Virus record (IMG/VR): IMGVR_UViG_3300035179_000011
Coordinates: 1-53,323 of that record
DNA length: 53,323 nucleotides
DNA from: a virus
Lineage: Duplodnaviria > Caudoviricetes
Reading direction: 5' to 3' (one strand)
The number at the start of each line of letters is the position of its first letter. Positions within the stretch are counted from its first letter, which is position 1. The position numbers and the translations under genes are program-made. Positions 8,907-18,162 of the stretch are shown here, piece after piece. The notes beneath the pieces are model-generated. The model made no database searches. It was given only the letters and a program-made list of their open reading frames with translations, and was not told where the DNA came from.

Positions 8907-10067
8907 TCACCTGTGAACATGGGGCGAGTGACCCCATATATTCATATCCGCAATAATGTCAGATGGGGTTGGGCTGGTGTCAATTATATATACTTGCAAT
9001 TTGACACTATGTCCTTTGACGTTCTTTGGTATTGTTACAAAATAAGTGACTACTTGACCATTTGCCGAGCAAAAGAGTGCTGGTTGATGAGTAACGTCTG
9101 AAGCACTATTATAAGGATAGTATATGCCGTCAGTTACATCATAGATACGGTATCTGAATGCTAGCCATCCTGTTTGTCCATATTGGCAGATGCCACCCGA
9201 AATAAACAATTCTTCAATATCAGCATCACTAGGAATTGTAGTTGTTCCTACATCAGTCCAAGTTGCTTCAGGCACAGAATCATTCTCAAAGTTCGGATAT
9301 TGTATTACAAGATTTGCAATCACTTCTGTTGTTGGCGGCGTAGTTCTTTGTTCGCTGAACATAACATCGTCATAGTAAACCCACGCTGGCGCAGTCGTCG
9401 GCGTTTCGCAGTCCAAGCATATCCGCACGTATTTGGCAGTTGCAGGACTCGTGACTTCCTCAGAAAATGTGTTCCACGCGAGTTGTCCGTTTGCGTTTTC
9501 CTCAATGAAAGTTGGAGTTTCAAGGTCGACTTCGTTCTTGTTGTACCATCTTAACACTATGGTTACTTCGCCGTTATTTGCATATTGCGAATAACTTTTG
9601 ACGGAAAAGTAATATTTTTGGTTTGATGCCACGGCAATCAAGGTAGAACCACTTTCAACACGCGATCCCGTCGTGTTTGCTGTTATCTTGAGGCAGTATC
9701 CGCCCTTGTAGCCGTCGAGGATTTGTAATCTTGAACCAGAGCCACTAATCACTTGCCACGCTTCCCAGTAGTCGGGGATTCCGTCGCCGTTTCTGTCCTC
9801 TTCAAAGTAGGCGTTGGAGATCAAATTCTCGGCTTCGCCAGTGGAAGGAATAGAGGCGGTTGTCTGGTTGCCGTCGACTAATTGTGGCGAATCCGCGTCT
9901 TGCCAGTTGTCCAAATAAGTTGTTGCTTCTTCAGTACTATTCAACACAACTTCGCTTGACGGAATAAGCTTTGCAACTGGTCTTTCCACTTCGTATTCGG
10001 CACTTTCAACAACGTCTTTTTGGCTGTGAACATGTTTGGCAACCCGTTTGCGAGGCGTTAAACTCAT
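8907..10067 (-). CDS. Minor tail protein with a CBM-like jelly-roll domain
   Basis: NLISNAYFE...DGIPDYW...VYYDDVMF resembles CBM4/9-like domains; follows the tape measure. Confidence 0.65.
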   Translation of the reverse strand: MSLTPRKRVAKHVHSQKDVVESAEYEVERPVAKLIPSSEVVLNSTEEATTYLDNWQDADSPQLVDGNQTTASIPSTGEAENLISNAYFEEDRNGDGIPDYWEAWQVISGSGSRLQILDGYKGGYCLKITANTTGSRVESGSTLIAVASNQKYYFSVKSYSQYANNGEVTIVLRWYNKNEVDLETPTFIEENANGQLAWNTFSEEVTSPATAKYVRICLDCETPTTAPAWVYYDDVMFSEQRTTPPTTEVIANLVIQYPNFENDSVPEATWTDVGTTTIPSDADIEELFISGGICQYGQTGWLAFRYRIYDVTDGIYYPYNSASDVTHQPALFCSANGQVVTYFVTIPKNVKGHSVKLQVYIIDTSPTPSDIIADMNIWGHSPHVHR

Positions 10068-10765
10068 GGCGAACCACCCTGCGTAATCGCTCGTTTTAAT
10101 CGTTGCTTGTACAGTTCAAGCACTTCGTCCACGTCAGTTTTCGAATTCACATTCAACGTGTCTGGAAGGGCGACGCGCGATTGACTGTAAGCGTATGCTC
10201 CAACGCCTACGCCTACTGCAAGGGCAGCCAATCCAACGATAGTTGTTGCTTGAGCGGCACTTAACGCATGAAAAGCAGCGGTTAAACCGTGAATCATAGT
10301 AGTGATATGTGTTATGGCTGGCACAGCGTATCGCGTGATGCTCGACGCGAAACTTACAAATTGGATTCCCAAACTAACAGTCATCAAATTCGAATACAAC
10401 GCCATTCGCTGATACATGATTTGGGCGCGTTCGAGTTGCTGCATGGCACGATGGGCATCGTCGCTCGATGCTCCGCTTTTCTTGATTGCGTCGTTCAATC
10501 GTTCTTGTGCCATTTCAACGCCGATTGATGACGATTCCATCCTCATCATTCCGCTTTCCAACATGCTAACGTAAAATAGTCCCATCTGTGCTGAAAAAGC
10601 CAAGTTGCGGAACGCGTTGAAGCCTCGCATGCCCGTCGTTTCCATCGCTGTGCCAGCGTCTTCAGCAGCCCACTTAATATTGTAGAAGCCTTGCGACACT
10701 TCTTCGGCGACTGGCGTAACATATTGACTCGCGGTGAACACGCTTTTATATTCAATCCAACTCAT
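10064..10765 (-). CDS. Putative tape measure protein (very short)
   Basis: Follows the tail tube and chaperone genes; Ala/Gly/Met-rich helical sequence with hydrophobic segments and a coiled coil. Confidence 0.6.
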   Translation of the reverse strand: MSWIEYKSVFTASQYVTPVAEEVSQGFYNIKWAAEDAGTAMETTGMRGFNAFRNLAFSAQMGLFYVSMLESGMMRMESSSIGVEMAQERLNDAIKKSGASSDDAHRAMQQLERAQIMYQRMALYSNLMTVSLGIQFVSFASSITRYAVPAITHITTMIHGLTAAFHALSAAQATTIVGLAALAVGVGVGAYAYSQSRVALPDTLNVNSKTDVDEVLELYKQRLKRAITQGGSP

Positions 10766-10919
10766 TTTCTTTTCCACCAGTTTTTAATAGGGCGTTCATG
10801 GCTTCCCAGTACACCGCAATTTCGCAGAGTTGCCGCGCCGTCAAATCGTCAAGCCGCAGCATTCCCATCTGCGCCAGTCCCACCCGCAGTCCAATCCTAG
10901 TCTTTTGTTGGGCGACGAA
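10752..10919 (-). CDS. Putative frameshifted extension (gpGT-like) of the tail assembly chaperone
   Basis: The +1 frame is open for 55 codons (FVAQQKTRIG...LDDLTARQLCEIAVYWEAMNALL...ELD*) and fills the gap to the tape measure. Confidence 0.55.
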   Translation of the reverse strand, partial: FVAQQKTRIGLRVGLAQMGMLRLDDLTARQLCEIAVYWEAMNALLKTGGKENELD

Positions 10920-11247
10920 AAAGGCGGAACAATGCGGCAGCCTCGTTCTGGTTCAGCATGTTAAGTGGCAACACAACCGTTGACAATGCTTCGTACAGTT
11001 TGCTCGGCATGTCCTCGTCAATCGGCTTGCCATCCTTTAACACGGCTTTCTTTACGACTTCATATTGCAACTTGAACCGTGGAATTTCTTGTTCAACCGT
11101 CAAGTCCCGTGCTAGTTCGTCGCCAATGGCTAAGTATTCTCGCGCCGAAATAATGTGCACTGTATATTCGCCAGCCCACTTTTTCCCTATTGAATCGACG
11201 ATTTCCTTCGGAAGTGTAAATGTTTTGTGTGGTTCCATCGTTTTCAC
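10897..11247 (-). CDS. Tail assembly chaperone
   Basis: 116 aa between the tail tube and tape measure genes. Confidence 0.65.
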   Translation of the reverse strand: MKTMEPHKTFTLPKEIVDSIGKKWAGEYTVHIISAREYLAIGDELARDLTVEQEIPRFKLQYEVVKKAVLKDGKPIDEDMPSKLYEALSTVVLPLNMLNQNEAAALFRLFRRPTKD

Positions 11248-12051
11248 CTATGGTAAAGTCAGTTTATCGCCTGTCCATGTGAGAATTTCGTATGTTAAGT
11301 CGAGATTTTCCACTTGGTACGCGTCTTCGTTTACGGCTGCGTTTGTAAACGTGAATGTCTTGGTGACTGGCGTGCCCTGATTATCTGTCACCGCAATCAC
11401 AACATCTCGTTTCACTATTGCGTCATAACCGAACAATGGTGCGCCAGTCTTGACAAATTCGATTCTGCCAGTGTAGACGGGTTGACGCGGATACACTTCG
11501 CTGACGACTGCCCCAGTGCCAGTTGGCACGCGGGCAACCGAATTGTCCACGGCAAATCTTATGTTTGTCCACTTGGTAATCGATGTTCCACCGACTGAAG
11601 GTGCAAAACCAGTTTTTGTTATCGGGGTCAGACTATCGTACGTGACAGTCAGACTTTTCGTTTCGTAAGCGTTGCATATCATATTCAAAGTTGCTATGGC
11701 TGCTCCTCTCTGCCCCACGTTTATTTCGCAGCGATCCGTGTAGACATTTACAAGCCCTATAGCTGTCGTTCCGTCAGTCGCGTACAAATTGAAACTTGGC
11801 AAGTCGCCTTCAGCAGTAACAAAAGCGTATGGTTTTATGAACTGATCCAGCTTCAACAATTTCATTCGCATATTCACAGTCCAATAGATATTTGTCGCGT
11901 CGAGATTTAGCATTCGGCGTTGTCCAGTGCCGAGTTCTTGTTCTTGGTCGGTGTGCTTGGTGATGGTTGGTGCACTCGGAATGCCATCGATGTTGTAGGG
12001 TGTTGTGGCACTATATCTCGCTATTTTCCAACTTTTTCCTGTTGTAGACAT
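11248..12051 (-). CDS. Major tail (tube) protein
   Basis: 267 aa, Thr-rich beta protein at the canonical position after the neck genes. Confidence 0.7.
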   Translation of the reverse strand: MSTTGKSWKIARYSATTPYNIDGIPSAPTITKHTDQEQELGTGQRRMLNLDATNIYWTVNMRMKLLKLDQFIKPYAFVTAEGDLPSFNLYATDGTTAIGLVNVYTDRCEINVGQRGAAIATLNMICNAYETKSLTVTYDSLTPITKTGFAPSVGGTSITKWTNIRFAVDNSVARVPTGTGAVVSEVYPRQPVYTGRIEFVKTGAPLFGYDAIVKRDVVIAVTDNQGTPVTKTFTFTNAAVNEDAYQVENLDLTYEILTWTGDKLTLP

Positions 12052-12073
12052 TTTTCATTTTCAACTCCATTTT

Positions 12074-12550
12074 TTATTTTGTTTTTATTCCTATTTCTTC
12101 TTCGATAATGGCTGATGCCCGTGAAAGAGCGTCCAAGCCTGCCGCCCTCATTATGCCGAGTGGCTCGGTTGGACGCGAATATTGACTAAATACAATTACT
12201 CCGTTTCTGTCAACCCAGCGGAGCGACCCTGCCTTAACTGGACGCACTTCCCGTCGTCCTTGGTCGAGCCAATAAAGTTGCATGCCTCGCGTTCTCGTGC
12301 CCATTGCGTAGGACACTTCGTTTTGCGACTTGCTTACGAGCCAACATTGAATGCTGCCGAGTGTTTCCCCGCTACGAATATGAGTGGCAAGGTCAGTTCG
12401 CAACGAATCTTCAGCCACGCGTGCCATTCGCCACGCAATCAATTCTAGACTTTCGGGTGCATACGCTTGCTCTGTTGCTGCAACTTTTTGTAGGGCTGGC
12501 AAATGGTCGGGCAAATCTATTTTAACTGTGAAACTCAAATTAAATTCCAC
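12074..12550 (-). CDS. Neck / tail-completion protein (HK97 gp10-like)
   Basis: RSGETLGSI...YWLDQGR...LRW motif pattern and position. Confidence 0.65.
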   Translation of the reverse strand: MEFNLSFTVKIDLPDHLPALQKVAATEQAYAPESLELIAWRMARVAEDSLRTDLATHIRSGETLGSIQCWLVSKSQNEVSYAMGTRTRGMQLYWLDQGRREVRPVKAGSLRWVDRNGVIVFSQYSRPTEPLGIMRAAGLDALSRASAIIEEEIGIKTK

Positions 12551-12977
12551 TCCACGAGATACATGCCACAACAGTCAGGTTGTAAATGAAAATGTTTGGC
12601 AACACTTCCAGTATGCTCGGATTAGCAAAGTTTTCCACGTACATGTACTGCCATCCCGTCGGGCATGTGCCAGCCTCGATTAATTTCTTGACGTGTTCAA
12701 CCATTTTCCAGTGGTCTTCTTCTTTTGCTTCTTGCGTGTCGATGCTTTTCGCCCACAGCACGACTTGAACGGCAAGTCTGAACTCGTATAAATTTGGTTC
12801 TTCAGCTTGCAATCTTCGCGCTGAAAGGGGACGGCAAATAATGTGCGGGCTGAACGTGCTTTTTTCGAGGTGCCAGTCTGTCCGCATCCAAGCAATGTCG
12901 GCTACTTTTATTCCTTCATCTGTCAAAGTCCAATCAGCCTTTAACAGTGCAAGCAAAGTTTTAGATGGAAGTTCCAT
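12540..12977 (-). CDS. Putative tail terminator
   Basis: 145 aa in the neck cluster; called from synteny only. Confidence 0.5.
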   Translation of the reverse strand: MELPSKTLLALLKADWTLTDEGIKVADIAWMRTDWHLEKSTFSPHIICRPLSARRLQAEEPNLYEFRLAVQVVLWAKSIDTQEAKEEDHWKMVEHVKKLIEAGTCPTGWQYMYVENFANPSILEVLPNIFIYNLTVVACISWSGI

Positions 12978-12996
12978 TACTTAATCTCCTTTATTT

Positions 12997-13659
12997 TTAG
13001 TCCGATCTCCTCTTCTTATATGGTGCAAGTTTCTCTTTGATTGCGTCCGTGAAAACATCTGGCGTACTAAGTCCAATAGGTGTCGGTCGTGTAAACCGAA
13101 TTTTGGAATTCAGCGAACGTTGCCAAATCGCGTTTAACGCGCCGACGACTAATTCCTCGCACGCCCACTTGATTTCGTCGGGTTCAGTCGCGTAGCCCGC
13201 CTTGTAAATGACGCGCATGTTGCCGATTCCGCTAATTGGTGCCACCGCATCCTTGATTACAATTCTGCCCGTGTCGCTGTCCATGTAATACGCAGTTATT
13301 AATTCCCAAACTGCTGTGTCGCCAAGGTTTGCCGTGTTTTTATGAACGGTTGTCACGCTTATTATTGGCGATTGACTTAGGCGGAACGTGCGTCGGTAAA
13401 CGTCGTAGATGCCAGTCCGCTCGGTTTCTGGATAGTGAAAAGTTGAGTCTTCTTCTTTAACGTCGAAGTAGTCAGTCACGGTTGACCCGCCGTTGAAGAA
13501 GTCGTTTAAGCGGTTGCAGTAGCGGTCTATCACGCGGCTGGCGCGCGACACGAGACGCTGGATGAATTTGTCGCTGTCGCTCTCATTATCAAAGCCAAGC
13601 TCTTCGTAAGTGGGCACACCGTAGTTTTTAACGTCGTCTACATAGCAATAATCTGCCAT
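12997..13659 (-). CDS. Head-tail adaptor protein
   Basis: YCYVDDVK...ASRVIDRYCNR...YKAGY...PDEIKWAC...LAPYK pattern. Confidence 0.8.
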   Translation of the reverse strand: MADYCYVDDVKNYGVPTYEELGFDNESDSDKFIQRLVSRASRVIDRYCNRLNDFFNGGSTVTDYFDVKEEDSTFHYPETERTGIYDVYRRTFRLSQSPIISVTTVHKNTANLGDTAVWELITAYYMDSDTGRIVIKDAVAPISGIGNMRVIYKAGYATEPDEIKWACEELVVGALNAIWQRSLNSKIRFTRPTPIGLSTPDVFTDAIKEKLAPYKKRRSD

Positions 13660-13689
13660 TTCAGTTTACTCCCAATTTTTTGTTCATTT

Positions 13690-13992
13690 TTAACTACCTT
13701 CCACTAGGAATGTGAATTCTTCCGTGTTTTGAAGTGCGCCAACGGTGTAAGTTGCCGTCGTCACGAGTTTCCACATGCCGTAAACTGCGTCGGCTGGAAT
13801 GTTGTAGAGCAATTTGTATGTTCCAGTTCCCGTCTTAGTTAGGTCAGCCATTGTCTTTGTTGCAGCCGTTGTGCCATCGGGTTTCTTGATGGCGATACTA
13901 ATGGTTGTCGGATCAAACAAGGTTCCCGATTCGTTTTTGAACGTGAACACTTTGCCCAGTGTGTCGCTTCTGTAAAATCGTTGTTTAGTCAT
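13690..13992 (-). CDS. Small Ig-like virion-associated protein
   Basis: TISIAIKKPDGT...GTYKLLY...GMW beta-sandwich pattern. Confidence 0.55.
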   Translation of the reverse strand: MTKQRFYRSDTLGKVFTFKNESGTLFDPTTISIAIKKPDGTTAATKTMADLTKTGTGTYKLLYNIPADAVYGMWKLVTTATYTVGALQNTEEFTFLVEGS

Positions 13993-14026
13993 TCTGCTTC
14001 ATCTCTAAATTTAAGTCAAAGACATT

Positions 14027-14058
14027 TTTAAACGCTCTTTTATATAGACAAACAACTG
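14027..14058 (-). promoter_or_regulatory. 32-bp structural-gene promoter, copy 2
   Basis: CAGTTGTTTGTCTATATAAAAGAGCGTTTAAA; matches 22314-22345. Confidence 0.7.
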
Positions 14059-14068
14059 GTTGGTTCAT

Positions 14069-15793
14069 TTACACGTCCTCGCACGAAATTGTGATTGGAT
14101 CAATGTCTGACATGCCTATGTCTATTGGCGTAATTGAAGACATGTCTATTACGATTTTGTAGTACGCCACAACAACTCCAAAGTAACCGTCAATTGCCAC
14201 GGTTTTCTGTGCTGCCAGTTTCTTCATGTATGTGTCCACGACAGCGTTTAGAGTCGTGACACGCCGAATGTACGTGTCAATGTTGGCTGTCACGGTAAAC
14301 GTTTTTGAAAAGTCAGAGTCAAGTGAAACCGATTTTTCTACGAGTTTCTCAAGAACTGTGTCAACGTTGCCCGTTAGAGTGTAAGTGTATAGTTGTTGAA
14401 TAATTTTTACGTCAATGCCGAACTGCTTTTGAATAACAGACCTTTTGAGTAATGAATCAAAATTACGTTGAAATTCGGGGGTTTTTTTGAAAACAGAATC
14501 AACATTAGGTTGTTTTAAATTGGTTTTTTCAAAGAACGAGTCAGCACCGAGTTGCTTCAGAATTGCCAACTTTTTGAGTAAAACATTAAATCCGCGCTGA
14601 ACTTCAACTGTTTTTTTCAAGAAACTGTCGAGGGCAACGTATCGCACCAAAGCCTTTCCTATATAAGCGTTCACGCCTACTGTTTTGGTTATTCCTCGTT
14701 TCTTTATGAACGCGTTAATAGTTCTGGATTTTGAAAACGTTTTTCTGAAGCGACCGTCAATGCCCATTGTTTTCTGGTAGTTTTTGAGCAAAATCGCGTC
14801 CACGTTTTTCGAGTTGAGAACGTCGTATTTTTTGAAAATAGCGTCGAGTTGACGGTCTAGATGAACAACCGTTATTGCACCCAATATTACGTCAAGTCCA
14901 AACGTCTTCAGTATTTCCTTTTTAAGTTGCACAACGTCAATGCCGTATTGTTCAAGAATCGCAAGTTTTCTGATTAAAGATGAAATGTCACTGCACTGTT
15001 GAACCGATTGTGCTTTAGTTATCGCGTCTATATTTCTGAGTCTTTCTTTTGAACTAGACTTAAATACTGAATCGACGGTTTTAGAGACAGAATATCCCTT
15101 TTTAAAAACAGCATCAGTATTAACTGTTTCTTGACTGAGTTTCTTGAAATCGCTGTCAATCGTTTTCTGTTTTAAAATCGCAAGTTTCTTGTTTACTATG
15201 TCAAAGTTTCTCTGTTTTTGAACACCTAATTTCTTGAGGGCAACGTCAATTAACGTCTGTTTTGATAATCTTTTCAACAACCAAGCGTCGATGCCGAGTG
15301 TTTTTTCAAGACGTTTCTTGAAATCGCCATCAATTGTTCTCTGCTTTAAAGCACCGAGTTTCTTGTTTAATATGTCAAAGTTTCTCTGTTTTTGGTAAAT
15401 TGCCTTTTCAACCACGGTTAAGTCTACACATTGCGTTATGCCGAGCTTTTTGAAAACGCTGTCAAACGCGGGTTCTTTTAGAAAGGTTTTTTTAATGACC
15501 GAATCAATAGAAAAAGTTTTTATGTTGATGTCGAGTTGTTCTCCAAAAAGAGAGGTATTTACTGTAGTTGTTCTTTCCGCCGTCAGAGTTGTTACTTTAA
15601 CGCTGTCGCCATTAGAGTAGCCGCTCGAATATTTCGTTGTATCGCCCAAATCAATCGCATATTCACCAACATTGTTAGTGTAAATCGTGCATTCTTGGCT
15701 TTTAGTCACGTTTCTTATGGTGACAGCTACGGTGTTTTGAAGAACGCCGTCCTTCTTGATTTTTCCGTAGATTACATAGGGATTTTGTGGCAT
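14069..15793 (-). CDS. Basic repeat protein with an N-terminal beta-sandwich domain and about 30 repeats of 14-15 aa
   Basis: Units such as KQRNFDILNKKLGAL, KQRTIDGDFKKRLE, KTLGIDAWLLKRLS. Confidence 0.75.
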   Translation of the reverse strand: MPQNPYVIYGKIKKDGVLQNTVAVTIRNVTKSQECTIYTNNVGEYAIDLGDTTKYSSGYSNGDSVKVTTLTAERTTTVNTSLFGEQLDINIKTFSIDSVIKKTFLKEPAFDSVFKKLGITQCVDLTVVEKAIYQKQRNFDILNKKLGALKQRTIDGDFKKRLEKTLGIDAWLLKRLSKQTLIDVALKKLGVQKQRNFDIVNKKLAILKQKTIDSDFKKLSQETVNTDAVFKKGYSVSKTVDSVFKSSSKERLRNIDAITKAQSVQQCSDISSLIRKLAILEQYGIDVVQLKKEILKTFGLDVILGAITVVHLDRQLDAIFKKYDVLNSKNVDAILLKNYQKTMGIDGRFRKTFSKSRTINAFIKKRGITKTVGVNAYIGKALVRYVALDSFLKKTVEVQRGFNVLLKKLAILKQLGADSFFEKTNLKQPNVDSVFKKTPEFQRNFDSLLKRSVIQKQFGIDVKIIQQLYTYTLTGNVDTVLEKLVEKSVSLDSDFSKTFTVTANIDTYIRRVTTLNAVVDTYMKKLAAQKTVAIDGYFGVVVAYYKIVIDMSSITPIDIGMSDIDPITISCEDV

Positions 15794-15798
15794 TTTTG

Positions 15799-18162
15799 TC
15801 ACCCGTAGTTGTGGTTCCAAATTCCCGCTGTGGTGCACCAGATGTAGAATTTATTATCGATGCTTGTAACTTGAATATTGGCGTTCACTGTGTAACCATA
15901 AACGAAGACGTATCTTGTTCCATTCGTATATTCCAAAACGCAGACAATCCAATTGATGTTATCCAAATTCAGGCTGATGTTGACCTGTCCTAGTGTATGT
16001 CCAACGTCGATTAATGTGGCTGAAAATGCGTTCCATCCCACGGAAAGAAGCGTTCCACCATATTTTGTGTCTAGTGGGTCTGCGTCCCAATTATCTGGAA
16101 TACCGTCGCCATCTGTGTCCGCATTAAACGGATTAGTATAATTTATAAAAAGTTCTTGATAATCGTTCCAAGTGTCGCCGTCACTATCCAATCCTTGTAA
16201 TGTAGAGTTACTTGGAAGATTTAAGATTATGAAGGTGCTGGCGTTTACCATGCTTACTAAGCACGGTTGTCCAGTTATTCCTGCTTTTAATCGGACGCTG
16301 AATTGATAAATTAGACTATCGTTAAAAGTGTGAATGTAAGGCGAGTTAGCCAAGTTTATATAGGCACAATCTAAATACCAATTATTATAAAGTGCCCCTC
16401 CCACAGTGAAATATAAATGTCTTTTCGAGGTTGCGTCGCCGTCAAATATGGTTGCGTTATACATTGTAGCGTCGTTCAATCGTTTTGAGTGCCATCCAAC
16501 ATAATTGAAATCTGTCGTGTTGGGTTGTGCACTATTCCACCACATATGAATGTAAACGTTGTTTATGACGTAAGAATTGCCGATGGTTGTTGTATTGTCA
16601 TACCATGCCATCACATAACCAGCGCAATAGCTTGTAGATTGATTTATTGGAGAAGCAGTTGCGTTCCAAATGCCCGTGTCTGTTCCCGACGCCCCGTCTT
16701 GTTCATGCGGAAACTGGTCGGGCGTACTGTAACCTGAACCTTGGTCGGTGTGTGCCCAATACCAATAATAAAACTGTTTATAGTTCAAGGTGGTTGTTGT
16801 ACAATTCATTATGAAGGTGCGGTTGTAAGCCTTTGAAATCCATTGATTTCCTGTGTTAACAAAAAATTTTATATCATTGACTGTTCCAGTGAGACTTGTG
16901 AGATTTTTGTATGCTGTCGCACCGTTTAATGTCATAGTGTAGTTTACGCCTTGGCATCGAACTTTCGCTTCTGTCGGCGTAAAGTTTCCGCAACTGATTT
17001 GTGTATAAAGCCAGTTGTGTGATTGTCTGCTATTGTTTATGGCTGAATCTCTGTCGGGTTTAACTATCGTTATTGTTGGTGTGCCTGAACTTCCAGTCAC
17101 ATTTAAGCGAATGCAATCAAAAAAGCTTCCAACACCGTATTGCGGTTTAAAGATAAGTTGTGCAGCATTCACTTTTGTTGGTGTGTTCAGGAAGGTTGAT
17201 ACGTATGCAACTGTGTGCCAGTGCCAAATATCTGTCCACGTTGTCCCAAACACATAGTCATATTGTGTCCACGTTGAGCCGTCTGTTAAGTTGAAATACC
17301 AATGATGTGCAGACTCGTCTTGAAGTGCAAAAACCTCTAAGGTAACGTTAGTAATTTGTATGAAAGTTGTGTCGGCAAAATCAAATTTTCCTTCTTTGCC
17401 TTGCGCTAAAGTAAGTTTAATATAGTTTGTCGGATAATCCCGCACATCTTCGTATGGGGATGTTCCAACGCAAGTTTGCGTTTGAAAATCCGTTGTTCTG
17501 CTTGCAACATAGAGAAGTTGATGTCCAGCGGCGGGAGTGTCTGGATGTCGATGTCCATAGTAAACTCTAACGGCGACACATGAACAATACGGTACATAAG
17601 TGTTAGCGGAATCGGCGCGTCCGTAAACTCCAGGTGCTGTTCCATTAATGTCATTGTAAGTCCATTCTACACCTGTTGATGGATTTGTTGTCCATGTATA
17701 AGTGTACCACTTGTAAACGGTCGTAAGACTTAATGCACCACTGTAATAACTGCCATATAACATAATTTTGCATGTTGTTCCGCTACCACTTGCTTTAAGT
17801 CGAGCATAAACGGTTACATTTATGTCATAATCCGATGGAAACCATTGCACATACCAGTTCTGTAATGTAAAATTTTCTTTATAATATAATGGATAATTTG
17901 CTGGACAGTAAACATAATCTGTGTCGTCTGGCGACGCAATAGTTTCATCAACTCTTAGATAGTCGTTAGTATCTGGATATTCTTCCCAATCCACAGAATA
18001 ACTGTCACCGTCCACATGTAATTCTTGCGTTTGCTGCGGAGTTCCACCAACGGACGGTGTTGGCGGAAACAAAACTATTGGAGTTAAAAGGGCAACAATT
18101 ATAGTAACAATTATGCTGATTGCCAACACAAATTTTTTCCATTCTTTCTTTATTGTTTCCAT
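15799..18162 (-). CDS. Membrane-anchored surface glycoprotein with TSP3-like Ca-binding repeats
   Basis: Basic N-terminus plus a long hydrophobic helix; about 23 N-x-S/T sequons; DSDGDTWND...DTDGDGIPD. Confidence 0.75.
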   Translation of the reverse strand: METIKKEWKKFVLAISIIVTIIVALLTPIVLFPPTPSVGGTPQQTQELHVDGDSYSVDWEEYPDTNDYLRVDETIASPDDTDYVYCPANYPLYYKENFTLQNWYVQWFPSDYDINVTVYARLKASGSGTTCKIMLYGSYYSGALSLTTVYKWYTYTWTTNPSTGVEWTYNDINGTAPGVYGRADSANTYVPYCSCVAVRVYYGHRHPDTPAAGHQLLYVASRTTDFQTQTCVGTSPYEDVRDYPTNYIKLTLAQGKEGKFDFADTTFIQITNVTLEVFALQDESAHHWYFNLTDGSTWTQYDYVFGTTWTDIWHWHTVAYVSTFLNTPTKVNAAQLIFKPQYGVGSFFDCIRLNVTGSSGTPTITIVKPDRDSAINNSRQSHNWLYTQISCGNFTPTEAKVRCQGVNYTMTLNGATAYKNLTSLTGTVNDIKFFVNTGNQWISKAYNRTFIMNCTTTTLNYKQFYYWYWAHTDQGSGYSTPDQFPHEQDGASGTDTGIWNATASPINQSTSYCAGYVMAWYDNTTTIGNSYVINNVYIHMWWNSAQPNTTDFNYVGWHSKRLNDATMYNATIFDGDATSKRHLYFTVGGALYNNWYLDCAYINLANSPYIHTFNDSLIYQFSVRLKAGITGQPCLVSMVNASTFIILNLPSNSTLQGLDSDGDTWNDYQELFINYTNPFNADTDGDGIPDNWDADPLDTKYGGTLLSVGWNAFSATLIDVGHTLGQVNISLNLDNINWIVCVLEYTNGTRYVFVYGYTVNANIQVTSIDNKFYIWCTTAGIWNHNYG

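Noticed and set aside
10840-10923. Canonical -1 frameshift in the tail chaperone
   Set aside because: The -1 frame gives an implausible Trp/Cys-rich peptide that stops after about 25 codons, well short of the tape measure; not fully excluded
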